From contig CBDDCX010000008.1 of assembly GCA_965226375.1 (NCBI GenBank), positions 224,001 through 288,000 on the forward strand: 64,000 nt of DNA. The letters run 5' to 3'. The notes below the pieces were generated by a model that worked only from the letters and a program-made list of their open reading frames with translations, had not been told where the DNA came from and searched no databases. How positions within the stretch are numbered: position 1 is the first letter of the stretch; every line of letters starts with the position of its first letter. Both the position numbers and the translations under genes were made by a program. This document shows, piece after piece, positions 46,805 to 56,722 of the stretch. Source of the DNA: Longimicrobiales bacterium. GTDB taxonomy: Bacteria; Gemmatimonadota; Gemmatimonadetes; Longimicrobiales; Gaopeijiaceae.

Positions 46805-49074
46805 ATGAGCCCCATACGCAAACTCGTCACCGAAGCGCACCGTCGAGGCCTGCTACGCGTTTTGGGGATCTTCCTAGGCGGGGGATGGGGTGTGCTCCAG
46901 GTCCTCGATCTCTTCATCGAGCGTGGTTTCGCGCCCGAGTGGGTCTTCGGAGGGGCGCTCGTCGTTTTGATCCTTGGGCTACCGGTCGTCCTCACGACCG
47001 CGTTCGCCCAAGGGGGCCGCAAAGCGATCGAGGCGATAGAGGGTGAGAGGGAGGAAGCGTCGGACGAGAAGGACGGACTCGAGTTCGCGGACCTCTTCAC
47101 ATGGAATCGGGCGGTCCTTGGAGGTGTGCTCTCCTTCGCCCTACTCGGCCTTGCCGCGACCGGTTACATGGTCATGCGCGTCACCGGGATCGGGGCACCC
47201 GCCACGCTGGCCGCTCAGGGCGTTTTCGAGGTCGGAAGTCCTGCCGTGCTCGCCGACTTCGAGAGCTCGGCGGGTGAAGTGGCCCCCGGTGACCTCGTGA
47301 CCGAGGCGCTTCGTATCGATCTGGAGCAGTCGGCGGCCCTGACGCTCGTCGAGTCGGGTGTGATCTCCTCGACACTTACACTGATGCGCCTCGAGCCGAG
47401 CGAGCCCCTGACGGAGGACATCGCCCGCGAGGTCGCGGTCCGTACGGGAGCATCGGCGGTCATCAGCGGAGAAATCGGCCGGCTAGGATCTGCCTTCGTG
47501 CTCACTGCCCGAATCGTGGAAGCGGATTCCGGAGACGGGTTGGCGTCCTTTCGCGTCACGGCAGACGGCGAAGAAGATCTGATCGGAGCGATCGACGACC
47601 TCTCGGCGAAGGTGCGGAGCAAGATTGGTGAGTCCCTGCGTTCGGTGGCCAAGTCCGAGCCTTTGTCGCGGGTCACGACCACTTCACTCGAGGCCCTTCG
47701 AAAACATACGGCCGCAGTCCACGGAGCCGAACGCGGTGCGATGTTACCCTCGACCGCCCAGCAACTGCTGTTGGACGCCGTCCGTCTCGACTCGACGTTC
47801 GCGGCCGCATACCGCTCGCTCTCCGTGGTGATTCGCAACTACGGAGGTGACCGAGAACTGGCTCAGACCGCTGCCGAAGCCGCCTACCGACATCGGGAGC
47901 GTCTGCCCGAGAGGGAACGGCTCATCATCGAGGCCAGCTATCACACGCACGTCTCTGGAGAGGAATACAGGGCCATCCAGGCCTACCACGCGCTTCTGGC
48001 TCTCGATTCAACGGACGTCACCGCATCCGGAAACCTCTCGGACGCGCTCATGTACGCCGGGCAGTACGAGGAGGCGGTCGGGGTCCTCCGCCGGACGCCG
48101 AGCTGGGAAAGTCAGCCCTACACCTGGAATCTCACGACATCGCTGGTGGCGCTGAACCGTCTGGACGAGGCCCTGGCCGTGCGCGACACGGCGGAGACCG
48201 CCCAACCGAACAACCCCTACGCCGCGGTAACCCGCACGCTGGTTCTCGCAATGTCGGGAGAAGTGGAAGCGGCTCGGGCCGCAATGGACAGTTTGTCAGG
48301 CGAACTGGACGAGCGCGATTCGTGGAAAGCGTACCTCGATGCGATCATCCACGTTCTCTCGGGCCAGTTGGCCGACTGGGATCGGTACACCCTGGTCACG
48401 ACGACCTCTGGATTCAGAACCCCTCGGATCGTCTACACCTCGGGCTTTCCAGACCATGGGTAACCGCGTGGATACGTGGAGATCAGGCACGAGCCAAGCG
48501 TGAGCTCGAAGCTCTTATCGAGCGGATGGACCTCCCCTCGCTGTCTCCATTCAATCGCAACTACCCGGAAATCGCTCTGACTTACGCGATGTTGTCGGAC
48601 GAGATCGGGGCGAGAGAGATGCTCGACCTCCACCAGGCGGAGGCCGCATCGATCGCGGATCCCATATCCAGGAGTCGCGTTCAGATCACCGAGGCCCTGC
48701 TACGGGTCCAAACACGCGGAGCCGACGCGCTTTCCGACCTCGAGGCAGCGGTCCGATCGGAGCGCTGCGCGCGCTGCCGCGACTTCTATCTCGGACACGG
48801 ATACGAACTCACAGGTCGGACCGAGCAAGCCATCGAGGCTTACGAGCGCTACCTGGCCTTCCCGTTCTACGACGGAGACACCTACGTGACGCACGTGTTC
48901 GCCTCCGCCGTTCACGAGCGGCTGGGCCGCCTGCACGATGAGGCCGGGAATGGCGAGCAGGCCCGTGGGCATTATCTACGGTTCGCCGAATTGTGGGCCA
49001 ACGCGGACCCTGACCTCCAGTCGCGCGTGCGTCATGCGACGGAGCGGGCGGCAGTCCTTCAGCCGCCGGGCTGA
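46805..49074 (+). pseudogene. Membrane-anchored TPR-repeat protein, split by a frameshift near 48390
   Basis: N-terminal TM helices, VTTTSLEALR, LDSTFAAAYR and C-terminal Y.RF.ELWANADPDLQ; one extra C at 48390-48392 would fuse the two ORFs. Confidence 0.75.
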
Positions 49075-49149
49075 GTGCGGTGGGGCTTTCGGTGTCGGCT
49101 GCGAAGAGGCGGAAGCCCCTGTATTCCAAGGACTCTGGGCCAGGTGGAT

Positions 49150-49193
49150 AAATAGTTGCCTCAGTCAACTATTTGCTTGTGTTTGGCAACTAT
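49150..49193. promoter_or_regulatory. Orphan palindromic operator AAATAGTTG-N7-CAACTATTT with an extra half-site
   Basis: Perfect 9-bp arms at 49150-49158/49166-49174; GGCAACTAT at 49185-49193; lies between convergent genes. Confidence 0.55.
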
Positions 49194-49229
49194 CGACTTG
49201 AGGCGAGCTATTGGTCAGGAGGAACTCGA

Positions 49230-51359
49230 CTAGTGGCGACCCAGCCGGAGCGCGTTCGCCGTCACGACCAGCGACACCCCCAGGTCTCCCACCACCACGG
49301 CCAATACGAGGGAGACCCACCCCATCGGCACGCCCACGGCGAGGACCCCTTTGACCAACAGGGCGGCGCCCACGTTTTGCCGAATCACCCGATTGGCTCG
49401 CTGTGAAAGATCGATCAGGTAGGGAAGCGTCTCCAGATCGTCTCCCATGAGAGCGATATCCGCAGCTTCCAGCGCGGTGTCGCTTCCCGCCGCCCCCATG
49501 GCGATCCCGACGGTCGCCGCGGCCAGAGCGGGCGCATCGTTGATCCCGTCACCGACCATCGCAACCGATCCCAACTCTTTCTCGAGGGCACGGACTACAT
49601 CGACCTTGTCCTCGGGCAACAAGCCCGCATAGACACGGTCCACACCGAGCTTCTGGCCCACCACATCGGCCGTCTCCTGGTTGTCTCCGGTGAGCATGAC
49701 CACGTGCTTTATCCCCACGTCCCGGAGGTGTGAGACGGCGGAGGTGGATTCGTCTCGAGCCCCGTCACCGAGCGAGATCCACCCGAGGAAGCGATCGGTC
49801 CGGCCCACGCCCACGACCGTCCGCCCCCGCGCTCTGAGCTCGCCCACTGCCGTACTCGAGCCGACCTGGCCGAACAGCTCCGGCCGACCCACCCAGTACT
49901 CCTCATCGTCGAGGAGCGCCCGGGCGCCCTTGCCCGGAATCGTCTGGAACTCGGTAACGCTCCATCCATTCTCGTTGAGGCCGCGTTCGTGTACGGCGCG
50001 CCGGATCGACGAACCGATGGGGTGCTCAGACCCCGCCTCCACGGCGAAGGCCCGCTCGAGCAACTCCGACTCTTCCACGCCGGACGCCGGTTGGAGATCG
50101 ATCACCTCGGGATGCCCGTGTGTGAGGGTCCCGGTCTTGTCGAAGGCCACGACCTGAACCCGACCAGCGGCCTCGAGGTAGGTGCCACCTTTTATGAGGA
50201 CCCCGCTCCGCGCCGCGGCCGTGACGCCGCTCACGACCGCGACGGGAGTGGAGATCACCAGGGCGCAGGGACAAGCGATGACGAGTAACGTGAGGCCTCG
50301 GATGAACCACACGACGAATGGGGCGCCGACGATCAAGGGAGGCCCGAACGCCACCAAGATCGCCCCCACGGTCACCACGGGCGTGTAGTAACGGGCAAAC
50401 GTGTCCACGAAGCGTTCGCTCTTCGTCTTGCCGGCTTCCGCTTGCTCGACCAACTGAATGATTCGCGCCAGTGTGCTCTGGCCCGCTTCGCGGTCCACAC
50501 GAATGCGAAGGACTCCGTCCTGATTGATCGAGCCCGCGAAGACCTCGTCCCCCGCCGAACGCTCCACGGGCATGGACTCACCCGTGATGGCGGATTGGTC
50601 GACCGCGGCTACGCCGTCTTCCACTCGCCCGTCTGTGGGAATGCGCTCGCCGGGACGCACGATCACCAGGTCTCCAACGACCAATGTATCAGCGGGGACC
50701 ACGATCTCTTCGTCGCCTCGAAGCACTCGGGCACTGGCCGGAGCCAGATCGATCAAGGCCTCGACTGAGGCTCGAGCTCGATCGACCGAGAACCGCTCCA
50801 GCAACTCCGCGATGGAGAACAGAAAGGCGATGGCGCCGGCCTCCAGGTACTCTCCTACGCCCACCGCACCGAGAATGGCAATGGTCATGAGGAAGCTCAT
50901 GTCCAGGGACAACGCGCGCGCCGAACGCCATCCTTTGCCGAAGAAGTTCAGGCCCCCGACAAAGGCGGCCAGCACGAAGAAGAGATCGTCCAAACGGACA
51001 GCGTGGAGCGGTAGCTCGAACAGTGTAGGCGTGTTCCCCGAAAAGCGGACCAACAGACCGGTGGCAAACAGGAACACGGCCACGTATGTGATCTGCGCCC
51101 GTGTGCTTCCCCAGGTGGGAGCGGCGCGCTCGCCGTCGAGGTCGAGCGGATGGGCCGCGTAACCGAGGCGCCCCACCTCCGCCTGGATACGGAGGGTGTC
51201 GACCAGGCTTCCATCGAAACTGATGCTCAGGGTCCGTGCGACCGGGCTTCCGTCGACTTCGAATATGCCATCGATCTTCTCGAGCCGGGCCTGGATCTTC
51301 CTGAGGCAGCTCGAACAGTCCATGTCGGCTACCCTCAGTTCTACGTCACTTGGAATCAT
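49230..51359 (-). CDS. Heavy-metal P1B-type ATPase (ZntA/CadA-like)
   Basis: MDCSSC HMA domain, ITGES, CPCALVISTP, DKTGTLT, SEHP, GDGINDAPAL. Confidence 0.95.
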   Translation of the reverse strand: MIPSDVELRVADMDCSSCLRKIQARLEKIDGIFEVDGSPVARTLSISFDGSLVDTLRIQAEVGRLGYAAHPLDLDGERAAPTWGSTRAQITYVAVFLFATGLLVRFSGNTPTLFELPLHAVRLDDLFFVLAAFVGGLNFFGKGWRSARALSLDMSFLMTIAILGAVGVGEYLEAGAIAFLFSIAELLERFSVDRARASVEALIDLAPASARVLRGDEEIVVPADTLVVGDLVIVRPGERIPTDGRVEDGVAAVDQSAITGESMPVERSAGDEVFAGSINQDGVLRIRVDREAGQSTLARIIQLVEQAEAGKTKSERFVDTFARYYTPVVTVGAILVAFGPPLIVGAPFVVWFIRGLTLLVIACPCALVISTPVAVVSGVTAAARSGVLIKGGTYLEAAGRVQVVAFDKTGTLTHGHPEVIDLQPASGVEESELLERAFAVEAGSEHPIGSSIRRAVHERGLNENGWSVTEFQTIPGKGARALLDDEEYWVGRPELFGQVGSSTAVGELRARGRTVVGVGRTDRFLGWISLGDGARDESTSAVSHLRDVGIKHVVMLTGDNQETADVVGQKLGVDRVYAGLLPEDKVDVVRALEKELGSVAMVGDGINDAPALAAATVGIAMGAAGSDTALEAADIALMGDDLETLPYLIDLSQRANRVIRQNVGAALLVKGVLAVGVPMGWVSLVLAVVVGDLGVSLVVTANALRLGRH

Positions 51360-51486
51360 GATCGACGTGCGTCAGCCGCTGGGTGGGGACCTGCTCGTCG
51401 TGGATCCTTGTAGGCCATGCCGCCGTCCCTTCGATGGCCGATGAATTCGTGTCGACGAGAGTAACTACGTCGCGAGCACTGGACAA

Positions 51487-51510
51487 TAAATTTAGGCCGA
51501 CCTAAATTTA
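51487..51510. promoter_or_regulatory. DtxR/MntR-family operator
   Basis: TAAATTTAGG-ccga-CCTAAATTTA, perfect 10-bp arms with TTAGG/CCTAA cores, directly upstream of the DtxR-family gene. Confidence 0.85.
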
Positions 51511-51561
51511 GAGCGACTCGAACTCTGACGGAAGTAGACCGGCCCCGGAGGGCGTGGAGGA

Positions 51562-52623
51562 ATGCAGAACACCGAGGTGGTGGATCCAGGTACGGCGCTG
51601 ATCGTTTTCGCTTTGGGCACAGTGCTGCTGGCCATCTGCTTTTGGCCGAAGCGGGGGCTCGTGGCATGGGCTCGCAGGGTCACGAGCTCCTCCGAACCTA
51701 TCCGCATGGAGGATGCCCTCAAGCATTTGTATGCCGTGGAGTACCGGGGGCGTCACGCGTCGATCGAGAGCTTGGCAGGTGTCCTGGAGGTGTCGCGGAT
51801 GGTGGCCGCTCGCACGGTCCAGAGACTGACGGAGATGGAACTGGCCGAAGTGCGCGATCAGGCGCCTTCGTTGACACCCGACGGTCGAGACTATGCCATC
51901 CGCATCCTCCGGACGCACAGACTCTGGGAGCGCTATCTGGCCGACCGCACGGGTGTCAGGCCGGAGGATTGGCACGCCTCGGCGGAGGAAGCCGAACACC
52001 GTGTCACCTCCGATGAGGCCGAAGCTCTGGCCGCCCGCCTCGGACACCCGCGGTACGATCCGCACGGCGATCCGATTCCCACCGTGGCAGGCGAGATGCC
52101 GCCTCCCGACGGTGTCGCGCTCAGCACCGTCGAGCCAGGGGCGCAGGTCGTGATCACCCACCTCGAAGACGAGCCACCGGAGCTCTTCGAGCGCATCGCG
52201 GCCATCGGACTCTCCCCACACCTTCGGTTCACGGTGGTAGGGAGAGATCCCGAGAGCGTACACATCAACCTGCGCGGTGAGGAGCTCACGCTGCCGCAGA
52301 TCGTCGCCGGCAATGTGACGGTCCGCCCCCTCGCCGAGGGGGAGACCGTGAATGTCGCGACCGCAACACTCGCGGATCTGGGACCCGGTGAGTCGGCCCG
52401 GGTCATCGGTATTGAAGCACGCTGCCAGGGGCCGCAACGTCGTAGACTGCTCGACCTGGGAATCGTGCCTGACACGGAGATCGTCGCGGAATTCGACAGC
52501 GCGGCCGGGGACCCCATGGCCTACCGCATCCGTGGCGCCCTGATCGCCCTCAGGAGAGAGCAGGCGTCCTGGGTAGAGGTCGAACCGGCGCTCGCCACGG
52601 CTCCTGATCGGATGGTGGTCTGA
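51562..52623 (+). CDS. DtxR/MntR-family regulator with N-terminal TM helix and C-terminal FeoA domains
   Basis: EDALKHLY, RTHRLWERYL, AEEAEH, LGHP.YDPHGDPIP; RRRLLDLGIVP..GDP.AY.IRGALIALR. Confidence 0.9.
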   Translation: MQNTEVVDPGTALIVFALGTVLLAICFWPKRGLVAWARRVTSSSEPIRMEDALKHLYAVEYRGRHASIESLAGVLEVSRMVAARTVQRLTEMELAEVRDQAPSLTPDGRDYAIRILRTHRLWERYLADRTGVRPEDWHASAEEAEHRVTSDEAEALAARLGHPRYDPHGDPIPTVAGEMPPPDGVALSTVEPGAQVVITHLEDEPPELFERIAAIGLSPHLRFTVVGRDPESVHINLRGEELTLPQIVAGNVTVRPLAEGETVNVATATLADLGPGESARVIGIEARCQGPQRRRLLDLGIVPDTEIVAEFDSAAGDPMAYRIRGALIALRREQASWVEVEPALATAPDRMVV

Positions 52624-52624
52624 C

Positions 52625-54853
52625 ATGGCGACCCTCGCTCTCGATGGGTGCGCGAGCTGCGCGCAACACAGGACCGAAAGCCTCGTTCGCCTCGGTCTGA
52701 GCCCCGATAAGTGGGACTACCTGGTCGCCTTGGCGGGCAACCCCAATACGGGCAAGACCACGGTCTTCAATGCCCTGACGGGACTTCGGCAGCACACAGG
52801 GAACTGGCCTGGAAAGACCGTCGTAAGGGCCGAGGGCGTCTTCCTTCACGAGGACGACAAGGTGAAGGTCGTCGACCTTCCGGGGACCTACTCCCTTCAG
52901 GCCGGGAGCACGGACGAAGAGGTCGCCCGTGACTTCATTCTTTTTGGGCGTCCTGATGTGACCATCGTCGTCGTAGACGCGACGCGTCTGGAGCGCAACC
53001 TCAACCTGGCGCTTCAGATTCTCGAGATCACCGACCGGGTCGTGGTGTGTGTGAACCTGATGGACGAGGCCAGGCGACACGGCATAGCCATCGACCTGGA
53101 TCGACTGAGGAAGGAGCTCGGAGTCCCGGTCGTCGGTACTTCAGCCAGGCAGGGTGAAGGAGTCGACGAATTGATCTCGGTGGCCTTGGACGTGGCGAGC
53201 GGGAAGACCGAGACCCGTCCCTATCGTATCGAAGCTCATCAGGAGGCGGTCGAAACGGCCGTGGCGGATCTGGTGACGGAGCTGGAGGCCGCGTTCCCCG
53301 AACTTCCCAACGCGCGCTGGGTCGCGCTCCGTTTGTTGAACGCCGACGAGGCGGTCGAAGAGGCGGTACGATCGGGCGACCTGGGGCTGCTCATGTCCGA
53401 CTCCGACTCAGAGGCTCTTCCGCCTGACCCGGGCCGACTCGAGGTTCGGCTCGGAGTGTTGAGCCAGGCTTCGGCACTCCGATGGAATCTCCCTCACGAC
53501 TTTCACGACGCCCTGTCGCATCGGCTGTACGGTGTCGCGCAGGAGATCGCGACGAAGTCCCAGGCCAAGGGGTTGAAGAAGGCCAGATTCGACCTTGACC
53601 GCACGCTGGACAAGGTGCTTACGAGCCGTGCGCTCGGTTTTCCGGCCATGCTGCTCATGCTGGCAGCTGTGTTTTGGATCACCATCGCGGGGGCCAACGT
53701 ACCCTCGGCGATGCTCGCCACGTTGCTGATAGACTACGGGCATACGTGGCTCACGGCCTTGGGTACGGCCGTCGGTATGCCTTGGTGGCTCAACGGATTC
53801 TTGTTCGACGGCCTCTATCTGGCCACCGCCTGGGTGATCGCGGTAATGCTGCCGCCGATGGCCATCTTCTTTCCACTGTTCACCCTGCTCGAGGACTTCG
53901 GTTACCTGCCCCGGGTGGCGTTCAACCTGGACGGAATGTTCCGCAGGGTGGGGGCGCACGGTAAGCAGGCCCTCACGATGAGTATGGGATTCGGTTGCAA
54001 CGCGGCCGGCGTGGTGGCCACCCGTATCATCGACAGCCCGCGCGAACGGCTCATCGCCATCATCACGAACAACTTCTCCCTCTGTAACGGTCGTTGGCCT
54101 ACTCAGATCCTCATCGCGACGCTGTTTATCGGTGCGCTCGCCCCACCACACCTGGCCGGACTCGTCTCGGCCGGCGCGGTCGTCGGCATCGCGCTGCTCG
54201 GGATCTTCATGATGTTCGCGGCGTCCTGGCTGCTCTCCAGCACCGTGCTGAAGGGTGAGGCGAGCACGTTCAGCCTGGAGTTGCCCCCGTATCGGCCGCC
54301 ACGGATTCTACAGACGCTCTATACGTCGCTCATCGACCGCACGCTCATCGTGCTGTGGAGGGCGGTCGTGTTCGCCCTACCGGCCGGGGCCGTGATCTGG
54401 CTGGTCTCTAACATCACCATCGGGGACGCGAGCATCGCTGCGCACCTGATCGAGTGGATGAATCCAGCCGGCATGCTGTTCGGCCTGAACGGAGTGATTC
54501 TGTTGGCCTTTATCGTGGCGATCCCGGCGAACGAGATCGTGATTCCCACGGTGCTCATGCTCACGGTGATCACGGCCGGACTGGCCGGCGTGGGTGAACG
54601 AGCCGGTGTCATGTTCGAGTTGGATTCGGCCAACGCCATGGGAGCGATTCTGCAGGCGGGAGGTTGGACGCTGCTCACCGCCGTCTGCCTGATGCTCTTC
54701 AGCCTCCTCCACAACCCGTGCTCGACCACCATCTACACGATCTACCGGGAGACCGGCAGCGTGAAGTGGACCACGGTCGCGACCGTGTTGCCGCTCGCCA
54801 TGGGGTTCGTGGTGTGCTTCGTGGTCGCCCAGGTCTGGAGGCTGTTGGCCTGA
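52625..54853 (+). CDS. feoB: Ferrous iron transporter B
   Basis: GNPNTGKTT, GNWPGKTV, DLPGTYSL, NLMD, LED.GYLPR, GFGCN, ELPPYR. Confidence 0.96.
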   Translation: MATLALDGCASCAQHRTESLVRLGLSPDKWDYLVALAGNPNTGKTTVFNALTGLRQHTGNWPGKTVVRAEGVFLHEDDKVKVVDLPGTYSLQAGSTDEEVARDFILFGRPDVTIVVVDATRLERNLNLALQILEITDRVVVCVNLMDEARRHGIAIDLDRLRKELGVPVVGTSARQGEGVDELISVALDVASGKTETRPYRIEAHQEAVETAVADLVTELEAAFPELPNARWVALRLLNADEAVEEAVRSGDLGLLMSDSDSEALPPDPGRLEVRLGVLSQASALRWNLPHDFHDALSHRLYGVAQEIATKSQAKGLKKARFDLDRTLDKVLTSRALGFPAMLLMLAAVFWITIAGANVPSAMLATLLIDYGHTWLTALGTAVGMPWWLNGFLFDGLYLATAWVIAVMLPPMAIFFPLFTLLEDFGYLPRVAFNLDGMFRRVGAHGKQALTMSMGFGCNAAGVVATRIIDSPRERLIAIITNNFSLCNGRWPTQILIATLFIGALAPPHLAGLVSAGAVVGIALLGIFMMFAASWLLSSTVLKGEASTFSLELPPYRPPRILQTLYTSLIDRTLIVLWRAVVFALPAGAVIWLVSNITIGDASIAAHLIEWMNPAGMLFGLNGVILLAFIVAIPANEIVIPTVLMLTVITAGLAGVGERAGVMFELDSANAMGAILQAGGWTLLTAVCLMLFSLLHNPCSTTIYTIYRETGSVKWTTVATVLPLAMGFVVCFVVAQVWRLLA

Positions 54854-55351
54854 CTAGTTGACCACCTTCATCGCTACGATCTCCACCTCGACGAGCAGGG
54901 CCGGATCGAAAAGGGCCTTGATCTCGACGAACGTGCGGGCCGGCGTCCAACCGCCTTCACCCCGCCGGAAATACTTCGCGTAAGCCCTGTTGAAGCCCGC
55001 GGCATCCATGGTGCCGTCTTCTCCCGCCACACCGTAGACGTGCATCCTGACCACGTTCTGCAGGGACCATCCGCGAGTCTCTAGGCGACGCTTGAACCCC
55101 TCGAGAATGGCTGTGCCCTGAGCTTCCATGTCACCGGCCATGCAGCCGGGATTGCCACGGTCCTGTCTGGAGCATCCTTCCGGGGTGGCGAAGTTGATGG
55201 AGCCGGAGTAGAACAAAGTCTCGGCGTTGGCGGGCACGGTGAAACCGCCGTCGTCGCCTTTCGGAAACTCCTGTGCGGCCGCGTTCATGGGCAGGAGTAT
55301 CGCGAGCATCAGTGCCGCTGCCATCGGTAGCGTGCTTAGGAATTTCGACAT
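54854..55351 (-). CDS. RidA/YjgF-family protein with signal peptide
   Basis: FNRAY..YF, PART.V, LLVEVEIVA; AAA-Q cleavage site. Confidence 0.8.
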   Translation of the reverse strand: MSKFLSTLPMAAALMLAILLPMNAAAQEFPKGDDGGFTVPANAETLFYSGSINFATPEGCSRQDRGNPGCMAGDMEAQGTAILEGFKRRLETRGWSLQNVVRMHVYGVAGEDGTMDAAGFNRAYAKYFRRGEGGWTPARTFVEIKALFDPALLVEVEIVAMKVVN

Positions 55352-55490
55352 TTCTTCCCTCGGGTTTCGGCGTTCAAAGGAGCGTCCTTCGACCATCGTT
55401 TGTCCGGTTGGCAACGGGTCAGATCGACGCCTTGGTTCGGGCGGCTGCTACGGTAGATCGGCATACCTCGAGACACAAGGAGTGACCGGG

Positions 55491-56495
55491 CTAGCCCGCG
55501 CCAAACTCTTCGAACCGTTGATTTCCGATGTGGTAACGCCGCCAGTCCTTATAGTCGAAATGCCACCACTCGGCTTCATACACCGTGAAGTCCTGGGCCT
55601 CCATGGCGTCACGGAGCAATGCCCGGTGCCACCGCTGCCGTGCTGTTCCCCCGGGGTAGTCCGGGAAGGAACGGGGAGACATCTCGTCGTAGCCCCCCGT
55701 CATCGTGATCGGGGTTCCCGTCTCCAGGTCATAGAGCGTGAGGTCGACGGCACAACCACGGTTGTGTCTGGACCCGTTGGCCGGATTCGCGACAAAGATG
55801 CGAAGCTCCTCGGGCGTCGCGTCCCAGAACATCTTGGTCAGGTACCACGGTCGGTACCCATCATGCACCAGCAGACCGTACCCCCGCTCACCGAGCCAAC
55901 GGTTCGCTCGGACCAGGGCCTCGGCGGCGGGACGCTGCAGGAACGCTCTGGGCTCCGAGTAGAAGACCTCGCCCATGAAGTTGTTGGTGGTGGCGTAGCG
56001 GACGTCCAGGGCGACGGTCGGGTCGAGGGTCACGAGCTCCACGAGGTCCGACTCCAGGAAGTCACCCTGTTCCTCCGGGGGAGAAGCGTCGAGGGCTTCA
56101 CTCAACAGCTCGTCGGGCGACCTGATGGGAGTTATGCGGAACGTGCCACCGTCTTCGGCGCCCAAGGATAGACGGTCGAACGTTCGGCCATCGACGGACA
56201 AACTCCCGATTCGGCCGTCGCTGCCCGTCCGGGTCGCAACAAGCGCGGCGGACGCGGTTTCGAACGTGGTGTCGGTCAACGTCGTGAGCTCGAGCCGTTC
56301 GCCACGCCAGAATAGCAGAGTGAGGCTTCCGCCCTCTTCGAGGACCGAAAGGGTATCGGCCTCGTTCGAGTACTCCCCGATGATGGGGCGCAGCGTTGGG
56401 GGGACGTCTGGAGGCGGCCCAGTGGGTCGGCCACCTGCAGTGTCTCCGCCCGTGCAGGCGCCCAGCAAACAAATGACTATCGGGATCTTCTTCAT
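55491..56495 (-). CDS. D-Ala-D-Ala dipeptidase (VanX/M15D), lipoprotein with extra N-domain
   Basis: RYATTNNFMG, DGYRP, SRHNRGCAVD, EWWHFDY; LGAC lipobox. Confidence 0.92.
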   Translation of the reverse strand: MKKIPIVICLLGACTGGDTAGGRPTGPPPDVPPTLRPIIGEYSNEADTLSVLEEGGSLTLLFWRGERLELTTLTDTTFETASAALVATRTGSDGRIGSLSVDGRTFDRLSLGAEDGGTFRITPIRSPDELLSEALDASPPEEQGDFLESDLVELVTLDPTVALDVRYATTNNFMGEVFYSEPRAFLQRPAAEALVRANRWLGERGYGLLVHDGYRPWYLTKMFWDATPEELRIFVANPANGSRHNRGCAVDLTLYDLETGTPITMTGGYDEMSPRSFPDYPGGTARQRWHRALLRDAMEAQDFTVYEAEWWHFDYKDWRRYHIGNQRFEEFGAG

Positions 56496-56722
56496 GACCT
56501 CAATGCTCGGTGCTGTGGGAGACCAGGGCAAGCTGGGGCGTAATCACAGAGGCCGGCTGTACCCTCGACGGGGCAGTGTGTCAGCTTGACCCACTACCTC
56601 ACCGGGCACCCCTTTTTCGGGACTTGCCGGATAGGGTAAGTTCCTGGTCCCGAAACGGGCTCGCGGGATTCGTATTGATCCCGCGCGGTCACCTTTGTTT
56701 TTAGTAGTTCGGAGGTAATACG

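Noticed and set aside
55491..56495. Vancomycin resistance gene (vanX)
   Set aside because: A lipoprotein M15D dipeptidase with no vanH/vanA/vanRS context.
56575..56700. c-di-AMP (ydaO) riboswitch on the minus strand ahead of the D-Ala-D-Ala dipeptidase
   Set aside because: Only fragments (gaatcccgcgag, ggggtg) resemble it; the GGGGUGAAUC and GUCAGCUAAC elements are not present in order.
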